DNA of 32,000 nt, taken from Mycolicibacterium smegmatis. GTDB lineage: Bacteria > Actinomycetota > Actinomycetes > Mycobacteriales > Mycobacteriaceae. The stretch is from the NCBI RefSeq assembly GCF_001457595.1, contig NZ_LN831039.1, positions 2,430,001-2,462,000 on the forward strand, read 5' to 3'. The number at the start of each line of letters is the position of its first letter. The stretch's first letter is position 1. The position numbers and the translations under genes are program-made. Of the stretch, positions 10,132 through 18,743 are shown piece by piece. The notes under the pieces were generated by a model, which saw only the letters and a program-made list of their open reading frames with translations, made no database searches and was not told where the DNA came from.

Positions 10132-10893
10132 TCAGTACGTGTCGAGCGCGAGCTTGATCGCCAGCGCGATACCGGCCACACCGATGAGCCACCGCAGCGG
10201 TGTCGACGGGGCGTGGCGGACGATGATCGGCCCGAGACGGCTGCCGATGAGGCAGCCGATGCCCAGCGGCACGACCGCGGGCCAGTAGACCGGGGCGAAC
10301 ACCACGAAGATCGCGGACGCCACGAGGTTGGCGACACCGAGGATGACGTTCTTGCCCGCGTTGGCGTGCGGGAGCGTCGCGCCGCCGGCCCGCAACATCA
10401 GCGCCAGCAGCAGCACACCGGCCGCGGCCCCGAAATAGCCGCCGTAGATGGTGATCAGGAAGATCGCGGCGGCCTCGACGCCGGTGCGGATGAGATGGTC
10501 GCGATGGTTGGCCACACGTGCCGAGCGATGTTCCCTGCGGGGCAGCAGGATCGCCACCGAGGCGAATCCGAGCAGGAACGGCACGATCTTCTCGAAGCCC
10601 TCCGCGGGCGTCGACAGCAGCAGGGCCGCGCCCGCGACGCCGCCGAGCGCCGCGACCGGGATGATCCGTTTGAGCCACGCGCCCTGCCCCGCCAGCTCGG
10701 GCCGTGAGCCCGCGATCGACCCGACGCCGTTGAACACGACCGCGACGGTGTTCGTGACATTGGCCGCCACGGGCGGCAGGCCGACGACCAGCAGTGCGGG
10801 ATAGGTCGCGACGGACGCGAGGCCTGCGATGCTTCCGGTCAGCCCGCCGGCGATACCGGCGAACACGAGCAGCACGACGTCCCAAACGGTCAT
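10132..10893 (-). CDS. TauE/SafE family sulfite exporter-like permease
   Basis: Multi-pass protein MTVWDVVLLVFAGIAGGLTGSIAGLASVATYPALLVVGLPPVAANVTNTVAVVFNGVGSIAGSRPEL. Confidence 0.88.
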   Translation of the reverse strand: MTVWDVVLLVFAGIAGGLTGSIAGLASVATYPALLVVGLPPVAANVTNTVAVVFNGVGSIAGSRPELAGQGAWLKRIIPVAALGGVAGAALLLSTPAEGFEKIVPFLLGFASVAILLPRREHRSARVANHRDHLIRTGVEAAAIFLITIYGGYFGAAAGVLLLALMLRAGGATLPHANAGKNVILGVANLVASAIFVVFAPVYWPAVVPLGIGCLIGSRLGPIIVRHAPSTPLRWLIGVAGIALAIKLALDTY

Positions 10894-10955
10894 GCGGCTC
10901 TCACGCCGATGACGTTACTGATTCAAATTGTTTGCACCCGCGCCGGGGCGAGGAC

Positions 10956-10961
10956 TACCAT
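10956..10961 (+). promoter_or_regulatory. Candidate -10 element (TACCAT) for a near-leaderless uORF transcript
   Basis: TACCAT lies 7 nt before GTG 10969 and fits the mycobacterial TANNNT pattern; TSS not demonstrated. Confidence 0.4.
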
Positions 10962-10968
10962 CGCTGAC

Positions 10969-11010
10969 GTGCTGAGGCGACTCGTAGTAGCAACCCGCAG
11001 CGGGGTCTGA
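10969..11010 (+). CDS. Candidate 13-aa leader peptide (uORF) MLRRLVVATRSGV
   Basis: GTG CTG AGG CGA CTC GTA GTA GCA ACC CGC AGC GGG GTC TGA; contains Leu and Val codons and its 3' end lies in the left arm of an inverted repeat. Confidence 0.5.
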   Translation: MLRRLVVATRSGV

Positions 11011-11041
11011 TTCGGACCGACCCCTCGCTGTGGGTCGTTGC
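10990..11041 (+). promoter_or_regulatory. Candidate attenuator/terminator-like hairpin
   Basis: gcaacccgcagcggggtc ... gacccctcgctgtgggtcgttgc; reverse complement of the right arm is gcaacgacccacagcgaggggtc, near-complementary with small bulges. Confidence 0.5.
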
Positions 11042-11084
11042 TCTTCGTCGGTCACTCCCTTCAATCAGAGAAGACCGGCACAAA

Positions 11085-11576
11085 ATGTTCACCGCACCAG
11101 CAATTCGCACTTCTTCCGCTTCGTCCTCGTCCTCGTTCGCGTCGTGCTTCGCCGCTCCACTGCCGCGCGGCCTGCGCGCCGTCGCCCAGGAGCAAACCTG
11201 GGACGCATTCCTGGCCCGGTTCGCCGCCATCGCGGGACCGGTCACGCTGCGCCAATGGTCGTGCGTCGACAGCCGTCCCACAGGCCAGATCGGCCCGCGC
11301 GAGTACCAGGCGACGCTGTCGATCGGCGACACCGTCGCCACGTCGAGCGTCACGGCCTACGGGCCCGTCGCCGCGCTGACCGAGATCCTGCACGCGCACG
11401 GCATCACCGTGGAGACCACGTCGTTCCACCAGTTGCCGACGCGGGGTCAGACCGCCACCTTCATCGAAGGCAGCAACGGCGTGCACCGTGAGTGGGCGAT
11501 GGGGCTGGACACCGACCCGGTGCAGTCGGCGCTGCGCGCGGTCATCGCGTGCGCGAATCGCCTCACCGCGCACTAG
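11085..11576 (+). CDS. Stand-alone 2-isopropylmalate synthase (LeuA) regulatory-domain-like protein
   Basis: PLPRGLRAVAQEQTWDAFLARF...GPVAALTEILHAHGITVE...HREWAMGLDTDPVQSALRAVIACANRL matches the recalled layout of the mycobacterial LeuA tail (LPRRLQ..., WDxFxxEY, GNGP..AFxxAL, WGVGI...TASLRAVVSAVNR). No catalytic TIM barrel. Confidence 0.7.
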   Translation: MFTAPAIRTSSASSSSSFASCFAAPLPRGLRAVAQEQTWDAFLARFAAIAGPVTLRQWSCVDSRPTGQIGPREYQATLSIGDTVATSSVTAYGPVAALTEILHAHGITVETTSFHQLPTRGQTATFIEGSNGVHREWAMGLDTDPVQSALRAVIACANRLTAH

Positions 11577-11611
11577 TTTCCGGCCCGACAGCGAACAAGC
11601 CGTAACGGCGA

Positions 11612-11649
11612 GAGGCCGGCCGGGCGGACCCGAGAATCCGGCCGGCCGG
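11612..11649. terminator. Bidirectional intrinsic-terminator-like hairpin between convergent genes
   Basis: Perfect 12-bp arms gaggccggccgg / ccggccggcctc with a 14-nt loop. Confidence 0.55.
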
Positions 11650-11671
11650 CCTCGTCGACCGTCGGCGAACG

Positions 11672-13156
11672 TCAGCGCAGCGGACGCAGCACGATCGGCA
11701 TCCCGTCGATCGGCACCGGCATGCCGCCGTAGTCGTAGCGCGGCGTGTAACCCGGACGCGGCAGCTCCAGGCGGTACTGGCGCAGCAGGCGGTGCATGAC
11801 GGTCTTGATCTCCAGCTGGCCGAACACCATGCCGATGCACTTGTGGGCGCCGCCACCGAACGGTGCGAACGCGTAGCGGTGCTTCTTGTGCTCGCTGCGC
11901 GGCTCGGCGAAGCGCTCCGGGTCGAACTTCTCCGGATCGGTCCACAGTTCGGGCAGCCGGTGGTTGATCGACGGCCAGGTGACCACGTTGGTGCCGGCCG
12001 GGATGAAGTAACCCAGCAGTTCGGTGTCGCGCACGGCCTGGCGGAAGTTGAAGGGCAGCGGCGTCATCATCCGCAGCGCCTCGTTGATCACCAGGTCGTA
12101 GGTCTCCAGCTTCTCCAGCGCCTCGATGTCGAGCGGGCCGTCGCCGATGCGCTCGGACTCGTCACGCAGCCGGTCCTGCCACTCGGGATTGGCCGCCAGG
12201 TGGTAGGCCATGGTGGTCATGGTCGACGTCGACGTGTCGTGTGCGGCCATCATGAGGAAGATCATGTGGCTGACGATCTGGTCGTCGGTGAAGGTCTGGC
12301 CGTCCTCGTCGGCCGAGTGGCACAGCACGCTGAACATGTCGGTGCTCTCGGCGCGGCGCTTCTCGTCGATGCGGCTGAGGAAGTAGTCCTCGAGTGTCTT
12401 GCGCGCCTGGATGCCGCGCCACCACTTCAACGGCGGAACCGGCGTGCGCACGATCGCGTTGCCCGCGCGCGTGGTGGTGGTGAACGCGTGGTTCACGGTC
12501 GTGACGAGCTTCTTGTCGGTGCCGGCCGGGACGCCCATGAACACCTCGGAGGCGATGTCGAGCGTCAGTTCCTTGATGGCCGGATAGAACAGGAACCGCG
12601 GATCGTCGGACACCCAGTCGTTGGCCAGGACCTGCGACGCGACCGAGTCGATGTGCGGGATGTACCCGGTGAGCCGCGAGCGGGTGAACGCGTCCTGCAT
12701 GATCCGGCGGTGGTACATGTGCTCGTCGAAGTCGAGCAGCATCAGGCCACCTTCGAAGAACGGCCCGATCACCGGATCCCACGCACGCTGCGAGTAGTCC
12801 TTGTTGCGGTTCGAGAAGACCGTCTGGGTGGCGTCCGGGCCCAGCGCCATCACCGACGACAACGCAGGTGAGTAGGCGTAGTGGATCGGGCCGTTGCGGC
12901 GGTATTGCTCCAGGATGAAGTCGGGGCCGCCGCGGAAGATCTCGATCATGTGCCCGAGGACCGGCAGGCCGGAGTCGCCCATGATCGGCTTGAGACCGCT
13001 GCCTGCGGGCGGGGTGGAGAACACGAACTGGTCCCACTGCTTGCGCTTCAGCCGCTTCTCGATGGCTCCCATGCCGGGGATGGTGTTGGGCGTGGGCGTG
13101 AATCGGCGCCGTGCCTGATCCAACAGATAGCGGGGAGTACTGATGGTGGTGGGCAT
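11672..13156 (-). CDS. cyp136: Cytochrome P450, CYP136-like
   Basis: AAHDTSTSTMTTMAYHLA (I-helix), FAPFGGGAHKCIGMVFGQLE (heme loop); closely resembles recalled M. tuberculosis CYP136 (YLLDQARRRFTP...PGMGAIE...GSGLKP..GD.GLPVLGHMIE). Start MPTTISTPRYLLDQ. Confidence 0.92.
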   Translation of the reverse strand: MPTTISTPRYLLDQARRRFTPTPNTIPGMGAIEKRLKRKQWDQFVFSTPPAGSGLKPIMGDSGLPVLGHMIEIFRGGPDFILEQYRRNGPIHYAYSPALSSVMALGPDATQTVFSNRNKDYSQRAWDPVIGPFFEGGLMLLDFDEHMYHRRIMQDAFTRSRLTGYIPHIDSVASQVLANDWVSDDPRFLFYPAIKELTLDIASEVFMGVPAGTDKKLVTTVNHAFTTTTRAGNAIVRTPVPPLKWWRGIQARKTLEDYFLSRIDEKRRAESTDMFSVLCHSADEDGQTFTDDQIVSHMIFLMMAAHDTSTSTMTTMAYHLAANPEWQDRLRDESERIGDGPLDIEALEKLETYDLVINEALRMMTPLPFNFRQAVRDTELLGYFIPAGTNVVTWPSINHRLPELWTDPEKFDPERFAEPRSEHKKHRYAFAPFGGGAHKCIGMVFGQLEIKTVMHRLLRQYRLELPRPGYTPRYDYGGMPVPIDGMPIVLRPLR

Positions 13157-13231
13157 GTATCGCGCTCCTGACGTTGCTGACGTTGCAAGTCTGTGGTGGA
13201 CGTCACTTGTGACACTCATCTTGGATGTCAT

Positions 13232-13249
13232 ACTTGACGCATGTCAAGT
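13232..13249. promoter_or_regulatory. Candidate TetR operator in cyp136/TetR divergent intergenic region
   Basis: ACTTGAC-GCAT-GTCAAGT, perfect 7-bp arms. Confidence 0.5.
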
Positions 13250-13287
13250 TTTGATTTGGCGCGTCGCGGGTGCCAAGGTTTAAACCC

Positions 13288-13947
13288 ATGACCGCCGAAT
13301 CCGTACCGCAGGGCAGCAACGGTTCTGCCGGCGCCACCGCCGCGCAGGCCCGTCGCTCCAGGGGCGACCGGCAACGGGAGGCCATCGTCGCCGCCGTGCG
13401 CGAACTCCTCGAGGAACAGCCGTTCGCGGACATCTCGGTGAGCACGATCAGTGAGCGCGCCGGTGTCGCCCGGTCGGGCTTCTACTTCTACTTCGATTCC
13501 AAGTACGCGGTGCTGGCCGTGATCCTGGCCGAGGCGATGGAAGAACTCGACGCGCTCACGCACAACTTCGCGCCGCGCGGTGAGAACGAGTCGCCTGCCG
13601 CATTCGCCAAGCGCATGGTGGGCAGCGCCGCGGCGGTGTACGCCACCAACGACCCGGTCATGTCGGCCTGCACCGTCGCGCAGAACACCGACGCGCAGAT
13701 CCGCGACATCATGAACGACTTCGAGGACGCCACGATCGCCAAGATCGTCGGCGTCATCGAACAGGACACCGGAGCCCGGCCGATCTCCGACGATCTGCCC
13801 GCACTGGTGCGCACCCTGACCGCGACCACGGCGATGACACTGTCGCGTGACGCCGGGTTCGTGGGCCGTGACGCCGATCCCGCGCGTGCCGTCGAGATCG
13901 TCGAACGCCTGTGGCTCAGCGCGCTGTGGGGTGGCCTGCCGGAGTAG
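13288..13947 (+). CDS. TetR family transcriptional regulator
   Basis: REAIVAAVRELLEEQPFADISVSTISERAGVARSGFYFYFDSKYAVLAVIL N-terminal HTH. Confidence 0.92.
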   Translation: MTAESVPQGSNGSAGATAAQARRSRGDRQREAIVAAVRELLEEQPFADISVSTISERAGVARSGFYFYFDSKYAVLAVILAEAMEELDALTHNFAPRGENESPAAFAKRMVGSAAAVYATNDPVMSACTVAQNTDAQIRDIMNDFEDATIAKIVGVIEQDTGARPISDDLPALVRTLTATTAMTLSRDAGFVGRDADPARAVEIVERLWLSALWGGLPE

Positions 13948-13970
13948 AACTCCCCGGTAAGGTCACCGCT

Positions 13971-14834
13971 ATGGCGCAGGGGAGCGACTTCGCGGGCAAG
14001 AGATGTTTCGTGACCGGGGCGGCCAGCGGCATCGGCCGCGCCACGGCGCTCGCGCTGGCCGCGGCGGGCGCGGAGCTCTACCTGACCGACCGCGACGCCG
14101 ACGGATTGGCGCTCACCGTCGCCGATGCGCGCGCGCTCGGCGCCGAGGTGCCCGCGCACCGCGCGCTCGACATCTCCGACTACGACCAGGTCCGCGAGTT
14201 CGCCAAGGACATCCACGCCGTGCACGGGTCGATGGACGTGGTGATGAACATCGCGGGGGTGTCCGCGTGGGGCACCGTCGACCGGCTCAGTCACCAGCAG
14301 TGGCGGTCGATGGTCGACATCAACCTCATGGGGCCCATCCATGTCATCGAGGAGTTCATCCCGCCGATGATCGAGGCGCGTCGCGGTGGCCACCTGGTCA
14401 ACGTGTCCTCTGCGGCCGGCCTGGTCGCCCTGCCGTGGCACGGTGCCTACAGCGCAAGCAAATTCGGCCTGCGCGGGGTGAGTGAGGTGCTGCGCTTCGA
14501 CCTGGCGCGCCACCGCATCGGGGTGTCGGTGGTGGTGCCCGGCGCGGTGAAGACCGGCCTGGTGCAGACCGTCGAGATCGCCGGCGTCGACCGCGAGGAT
14601 CCCAACGTCAAGAAGTGGGTGGATCGCTTTGCCGGACACGCGATCTCACCCGAGAAGGCCGCCACGAAGATCCTCGCCGGGGTACAACGCAACCGGTTTT
14701 TGATCTACACCTCGGCCGACATCCGCGCGCTGTACACGTTCAAGCGCGTGGCCTGGTGGCCCTACAGCGTGGCGATGCGCCAGGTGAATATGCTGTTCAC
14801 CCGCGCTCTGCGCTCCGGCACATCGCCACGCTGA
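13971..14834 (+). CDS. SDR family oxidoreductase
   Basis: FAGKRCFVTGAASGIGRATALALAAAG; YSASK; start MAQGSDFAGK chosen at 13971. Confidence 0.93.
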   Translation: MAQGSDFAGKRCFVTGAASGIGRATALALAAAGAELYLTDRDADGLALTVADARALGAEVPAHRALDISDYDQVREFAKDIHAVHGSMDVVMNIAGVSAWGTVDRLSHQQWRSMVDINLMGPIHVIEEFIPPMIEARRGGHLVNVSSAAGLVALPWHGAYSASKFGLRGVSEVLRFDLARHRIGVSVVVPGAVKTGLVQTVEIAGVDREDPNVKKWVDRFAGHAISPEKAATKILAGVQRNRFLIYTSADIRALYTFKRVAWWPYSVAMRQVNMLFTRALRSGTSPR

Positions 14835-14836
14835 TC

Positions 14837-16372
14837 TCAGTGCGCGGGTTCCTCCCCGCGGTCGAGGCCGAGCGCATCGGTCATGGTGAAGAACAGATCG
14901 GTCTGATCGGTCAGCCCGACGACGTTCGCGGCCCTCGGACCGAAGGCCGCGACACGCACCTGGGTTCCGGTGTGGGTCTCGCTCTCGACGTCGACATCGG
15001 CGGAAGTGCCGTAGCTGACCGTCATCTCGGCGTCATCGGCCGTGACGAGCTTGCGGGTCAGGCCCGGGTACATGGTGTCGCGGACCCGCTCGACGGGCTG
15101 CTTGGTGTCCTCGGCGATGTCGCGCAGGTCGTCCTCGCTGAGGGCCTCCACGATCTGGCTGCTGTGACCGTGGTCGGCGGTCACGACGACCAGCGTGTTG
15201 CCGTCCTCGCGGGCGAACTTGAGCGCGGTCTGCACGGCCTCGTCGAAGTCCACCGTCTCGCCGATCTGGCCGCACGGGTCGGCGTCGTGGTCCTTCTTGT
15301 CGATCGACGCGCCTTCCACCTGCAGGTAGAAGCCCTTGTCCTGACCGGCTTTTCCGTTCTTCAACAGATCGATGGCCTTCTGCGTCATCGCGGCCAGCCT
15401 GGGGACCTCGGACCCGCGCTCGGGATTGTCGGTGCACTTGGCCGCGGGCTGCAGGTAGCCGTGGCGCACGGCGGGCGGGCCTGACCAGCGCACCGGCATG
15501 TTGCCGTCGGCGAACAGCCCGATCACCGGATTGTCCTGATCGGCCGCGGTGACGGCGTCGAGTTCGCTTGCGGTGCGCACGATCTGGAACCCACGCTCCT
15601 TGGCCTGGGCTTCGAGCGTCTTGCCCTTGTACTCGCCGCCGTTCGCGGTCTGGGAGAACGTCTCGGCGCCGCCGCCCAATGTCAGGTCCGGGCGGGTGGT
15701 CAGCAACTGCTCGGTCACCGAACCCGGCCCGCCGTTCTCCAGGGCGTCGGCCGCGCAATCGGCTGCGGTCTGGACCGGGCCGTAGCAGTCACGCTCGCTG
15801 ATGTGGGAGAACAGCGACGCCGGGGTGGCGTCCTGGATCTCCGACGTGGTGACGTCACCGGTCGCGAAACCCTGTGCCTTGGCGAGTTCGAGGATCGTCT
15901 TCTGCGGGTTGCCCTTGATGTCGATGCCCAGCGCGCCGTTGTAGGTCTTGGTGCCGGTGGTCCATCCCGTGGCGCTCGCGGCCGAATCGGTGACGTAGTT
16001 GGGCTTACCGTCCTTGTTGAGCGCGTAGGTGGTGTACTGCCCGCTCAGCGGCAGCGCGTCGAGGCCGTCGAAGCTTCCGCCTGCGCCCTTTTCGTAGTTG
16101 CGGGCCATGGTGATCTCCGAGTCGCCCATGCCGTCGCCGACCAGCAGGATGACATTGCGGGCCTTGCCGCCGTTGATCGCGCTGCGCTCGGTGTCGGTCT
16201 GGTCGCCGTCGATACGGCGCGCGCCACCGTTGGTCACGATGTCGCCGTCGGCCGAGCGGTGCACCGTGTCACCGCTGGACTCCGTGGTGGTGTCGCTGCT
16301 GCAGGCCGTGAGCGGCAGCAGCGCGGCGGCCCCGATCACCACCGTCGCTCTGAGATAGGTACTGACAAGCAC
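14837..16372 (-). CDS. phoA: Alkaline phosphatase, PhoA family, predicted lipoprotein
   Basis: Lipobox LLPLTAC; [21 protein letters not shown]; [20 protein letters not shown]; [11 protein letters not shown] metal-ligand region. Confidence 0.92.
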   Translation of the reverse strand: MLVSTYLRATVVIGAAALLPLTACSSDTTTESSGDTVHRSADGDIVTNGGARRIDGDQTDTERSAINGGKARNVILLVGDGMGDSEITMARNYEKGAGGSFDGLDALPLSGQYTTYALNKDGKPNYVTDSAASATGWTTGTKTYNGALGIDIKGNPQKTILELAKAQGFATGDVTTSEIQDATPASLFSHISERDCYGPVQTAADCAADALENGGPGSVTEQLLTTRPDLTLGGGAETFSQTANGGEYKGKTLEAQAKERGFQIVRTASELDAVTAADQDNPVIGLFADGNMPVRWSGPPAVRHGYLQPAAKCTDNPERGSEVPRLAAMTQKAIDLLKNGKAGQDKGFYLQVEGASIDKKDHDADPCGQIGETVDFDEAVQTALKFAREDGNTLVVVTADHGHSSQIVEALSEDDLRDIAEDTKQPVERVRDTMYPGLTRKLVTADDAEMTVSYGTSADVDVESETHTGTQVRVAAFGPRAANVVGLTDQTDLFFTMTDALGLDRGEEPAH

Positions 16373-16450
16373 GGCTTCTCCTAGACTCGTGTGAGATTCG
16401 TGTGAACTGATCGCGAGTCACATAAGCCGACGCAGATGAACGGACACTGA

Positions 16451-16471
16451 CCTGAACACGAACTGTTCAGG
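16451..16471. terminator. Short perfect inverted repeat downstream of the ATPase gene
   Basis: cctgaaca-cgaac-tgttcagg directly after the ATPase stop (16474) and upstream of phoA; could be a terminator or an operator. Confidence 0.4.
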
Positions 16472-16473
16472 AC

Positions 16474-17658
16474 CTAGCGGTTTCCCCAGTGCCACGACGG
16501 CGTCGAGAGCAGGCCCTGCCCGGTCACCTTGGTCTCGCCCCACTGCTTGTACAACTCGATCTCGACGGCGCCACCCGGACCATCGTCGCCGATCGGGGTG
16601 GTGTCGAGGAACTCCAGCAGCGCACGCGAGTGCGTGACCACCACGACCTGCGTCCGGGTGGCCGCGGTGCGGATCAGCGACGCCAGCGGACGCACGAGGT
16701 CGGGATGCAGTGACGTCTCCGGTTCGTTGAGCACCATGAGCGACGGTGGGCTCGGGCTCAGCAATGCGGCCGCCCACAGCAGGAAACGCAGTGTGCCGTC
16801 GGACAGTTCGGCAGCCCGTAGCGGACGCAGCATGCCGCGCTGGTGCAGTTGCAGGTCGAACAGGCCGTCGCTGGCCGCGACGGACACCCTGGCGCCGTCG
16901 AACGCGTCGGCCACGGCCCGCTGCAGGTCGTCGAGGCCCGCTTCGATGATGGTCTGCACGGCTGCCGCCAGATCGGAGCCGTCGTCGGACAACACCGGGG
17001 TGCGGGTGCCGACGTGCGGGTGGCGGGCGGGAGCGCCCGCATCCACGCGGAAACCGTCGTAGAAACGCCAGTCGCGCAGGCGTTCTGAGACCGCGGACGA
17101 CTCGGGCAGCGCGTGGGGATGGGCGTACTCGGCGAGCACGCTGCGATACGGCGGCAGTGATCGGCTCAGTTCGTCGAAGCCGCGCCCGGATTCCGCGGCG
17201 GCCTCGGCGTACTCCCTGGTGCGCCGTACCAGCGTCGAACTCGGGCGCAGCACCGGACCGGCGAAGACCACCTCGCGCTTGATCTCGGGGTCGAGCGTGA
17301 ACGCCGACGGGGTGCCGCCGGCAGGCGCACCCGCCATCTGCGGCAGGCCGAGATCGACCAGATAGCCGAAGTCGTCTGCCGCGAAGCCCATTTCGAGCGA
17401 GACCGGCCGCGTGCGGGTGGTGCCCGTGGCCTGTTCGGCCGGGCGCTCGGGCCCTGCCCACAGCACCGACTGCAGGCCGCCTTCGCGTGCGAGTGAGCCG
17501 ATCACCTGCCCGCGCCCGCAGTCGGCCAGCAGCCGCAGGGCACGGTAGACCGAGGACTTCCCGGTGCCGTTGGCGCCGGTGATCACCGTGAGCTCGGTCA
17601 ACGGCAGGACCACCTCGCGCAGCGCGCGGTAACCGCGGATGGCGACGGTCTGCAGCAT
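16474..17658 (-). CDS. AAA family ATPase, RecF/OLD/SMC-like predicted ATPase
   Basis: N-terminal IRGYRALREVVLPLTELTVITGANGTGKSSVYRAL Walker A; LSDGTLRFLLWAAALLSP signature-like; LMVLNEPETSLHPDL Walker B; VVVVTHSRALLEFL. Confidence 0.88.
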   Translation of the reverse strand: MLQTVAIRGYRALREVVLPLTELTVITGANGTGKSSVYRALRLLADCGRGQVIGSLAREGGLQSVLWAGPERPAEQATGTTRTRPVSLEMGFAADDFGYLVDLGLPQMAGAPAGGTPSAFTLDPEIKREVVFAGPVLRPSSTLVRRTREYAEAAAESGRGFDELSRSLPPYRSVLAEYAHPHALPESSAVSERLRDWRFYDGFRVDAGAPARHPHVGTRTPVLSDDGSDLAAAVQTIIEAGLDDLQRAVADAFDGARVSVAASDGLFDLQLHQRGMLRPLRAAELSDGTLRFLLWAAALLSPSPPSLMVLNEPETSLHPDLVRPLASLIRTAATRTQVVVVTHSRALLEFLDTTPIGDDGPGGAVEIELYKQWGETKVTGQGLLSTPSWHWGNR

Positions 17659-17668
17659 GGCGTCGAGA

Positions 17669-18739
17669 TTATGTTCCGGTGCCGACAGTCGGCGCCGCCA
17701 CGTCGTCCATCGCGAGTTCCAGCCGCACCCCGAGCAGCCGTACCGGACGGTCGAGTTCGAACTGGTCCAGCACCGCCAGTGCCGTGGCGACGATCTGATC
17801 GGCGTCGGTGCCCGGCGTGGGCAGCTTGCGGATCTTGGTGCGGGTGTAGAAGGTGCTGGTGCGCACCGTGACCGCGACGCGGGTGACGGTGCGGCCCTGC
17901 TCGACGATCTCGGTCAGCGTCTGCAGCGCGAGATCACGGACGGCCGAGTCGATCTCGCGGCGGTCGGTCAGATCCTGCGGGAACGTCACCACGTGGCTGC
18001 GGGAGCGGGGGATCCACGGTTCGGAGCTGACCTCGGTGTCGCCACCGCCCTTGGCGAGCAGAAGGATCCACAACCCGGTGCTCGGGCCGAACGCGGCCGT
18101 CAGCACCGATGCGTCCGTCGCGGCCAGGTCGGCGACCGTCGTGATCCCCATCGCGGCAAGCTTCTTCGTCGTCTTGGGCCCGATGCCCCACAGCGCGTCG
18201 GGCGGTCGGTCGCCCATCACGGTCATCCAGTTGGCCTCGGTCAGCACGTAGATGCCCGCGGGTTTGGCGAATCCGGTGGCGACCTTGGCGCGCTGCTTGT
18301 TGTCGCTGATCCCCACCGAGCAGGACAGTCCCGTCTCGGCCGCGACCACGGTGCGGATGCGCTCGGCCAGCTCGACGGGGTCGGCGTCCGGCTCGAGGTC
18401 GGCGCCCAGGTAGGCCTCGTCCCAGCCCCACACCTCAAGCGGGTGTCCTAGGTCGCGCAGCAGGCCCATGACCTGTTCGGAGGCCTCGTCGTAGGCGGCC
18501 GGATCCGACGGGAGGAAGGTGGCGTCGGGGCAGCGCCGGGCCGCGGCCCGCAGCGGCATCCCGGCGTGCACGCCGAACTCGCGCGCCTCGTACGAGGCGC
18601 AGGTGACGACCTTGCGCGGCTCGGTGGGGTCCCCGCTGCCGCCGACGATGACCGGCAGGCCGCGCAGATCGGGGCGACGACGCAGTTCCACCGACGCCAG
18701 GAACTGGTCGAGGTCGACGTGGAGCACCCAACTGGTCAT
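17669..18739 (-). CDS. dinB2: Y-family DNA polymerase IV, DinB2
   Basis: WVLHVDLDQFLASVELRRRPDLRGLPVIVGGSGDPTEPRKVVTCASYEAREFGVHAGMPL...YDEASEQVMGLLRDLGHPLEVWGWDEAYLGAD; closely matches recalled mycobacterial DinB2. Confidence 0.94.
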   Translation of the reverse strand: MTSWVLHVDLDQFLASVELRRRPDLRGLPVIVGGSGDPTEPRKVVTCASYEAREFGVHAGMPLRAAARRCPDATFLPSDPAAYDEASEQVMGLLRDLGHPLEVWGWDEAYLGADLEPDADPVELAERIRTVVAAETGLSCSVGISDNKQRAKVATGFAKPAGIYVLTEANWMTVMGDRPPDALWGIGPKTTKKLAAMGITTVADLAATDASVLTAAFGPSTGLWILLLAKGGGDTEVSSEPWIPRSRSHVVTFPQDLTDRREIDSAVRDLALQTLTEIVEQGRTVTRVAVTVRTSTFYTRTKIRKLPTPGTDADQIVATALAVLDQFELDRPVRLLGVRLELAMDDVAAPTVGTGT

Positions 18740-18743
18740 CGCG

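Noticed and set aside
11792-12871. 359-aa plus-strand ORF opposite cyp136
   Set aside because: Shadow ORF; the P450 heme-binding and I-helix motifs define the true strand.
16451-16471. LexA/SOS box
   Set aside because: GAAC and GTTC are separated by 7 nt, not the 4 nt of mycobacterial SOS boxes, and the site lies downstream of dinB2 and the ATPase.
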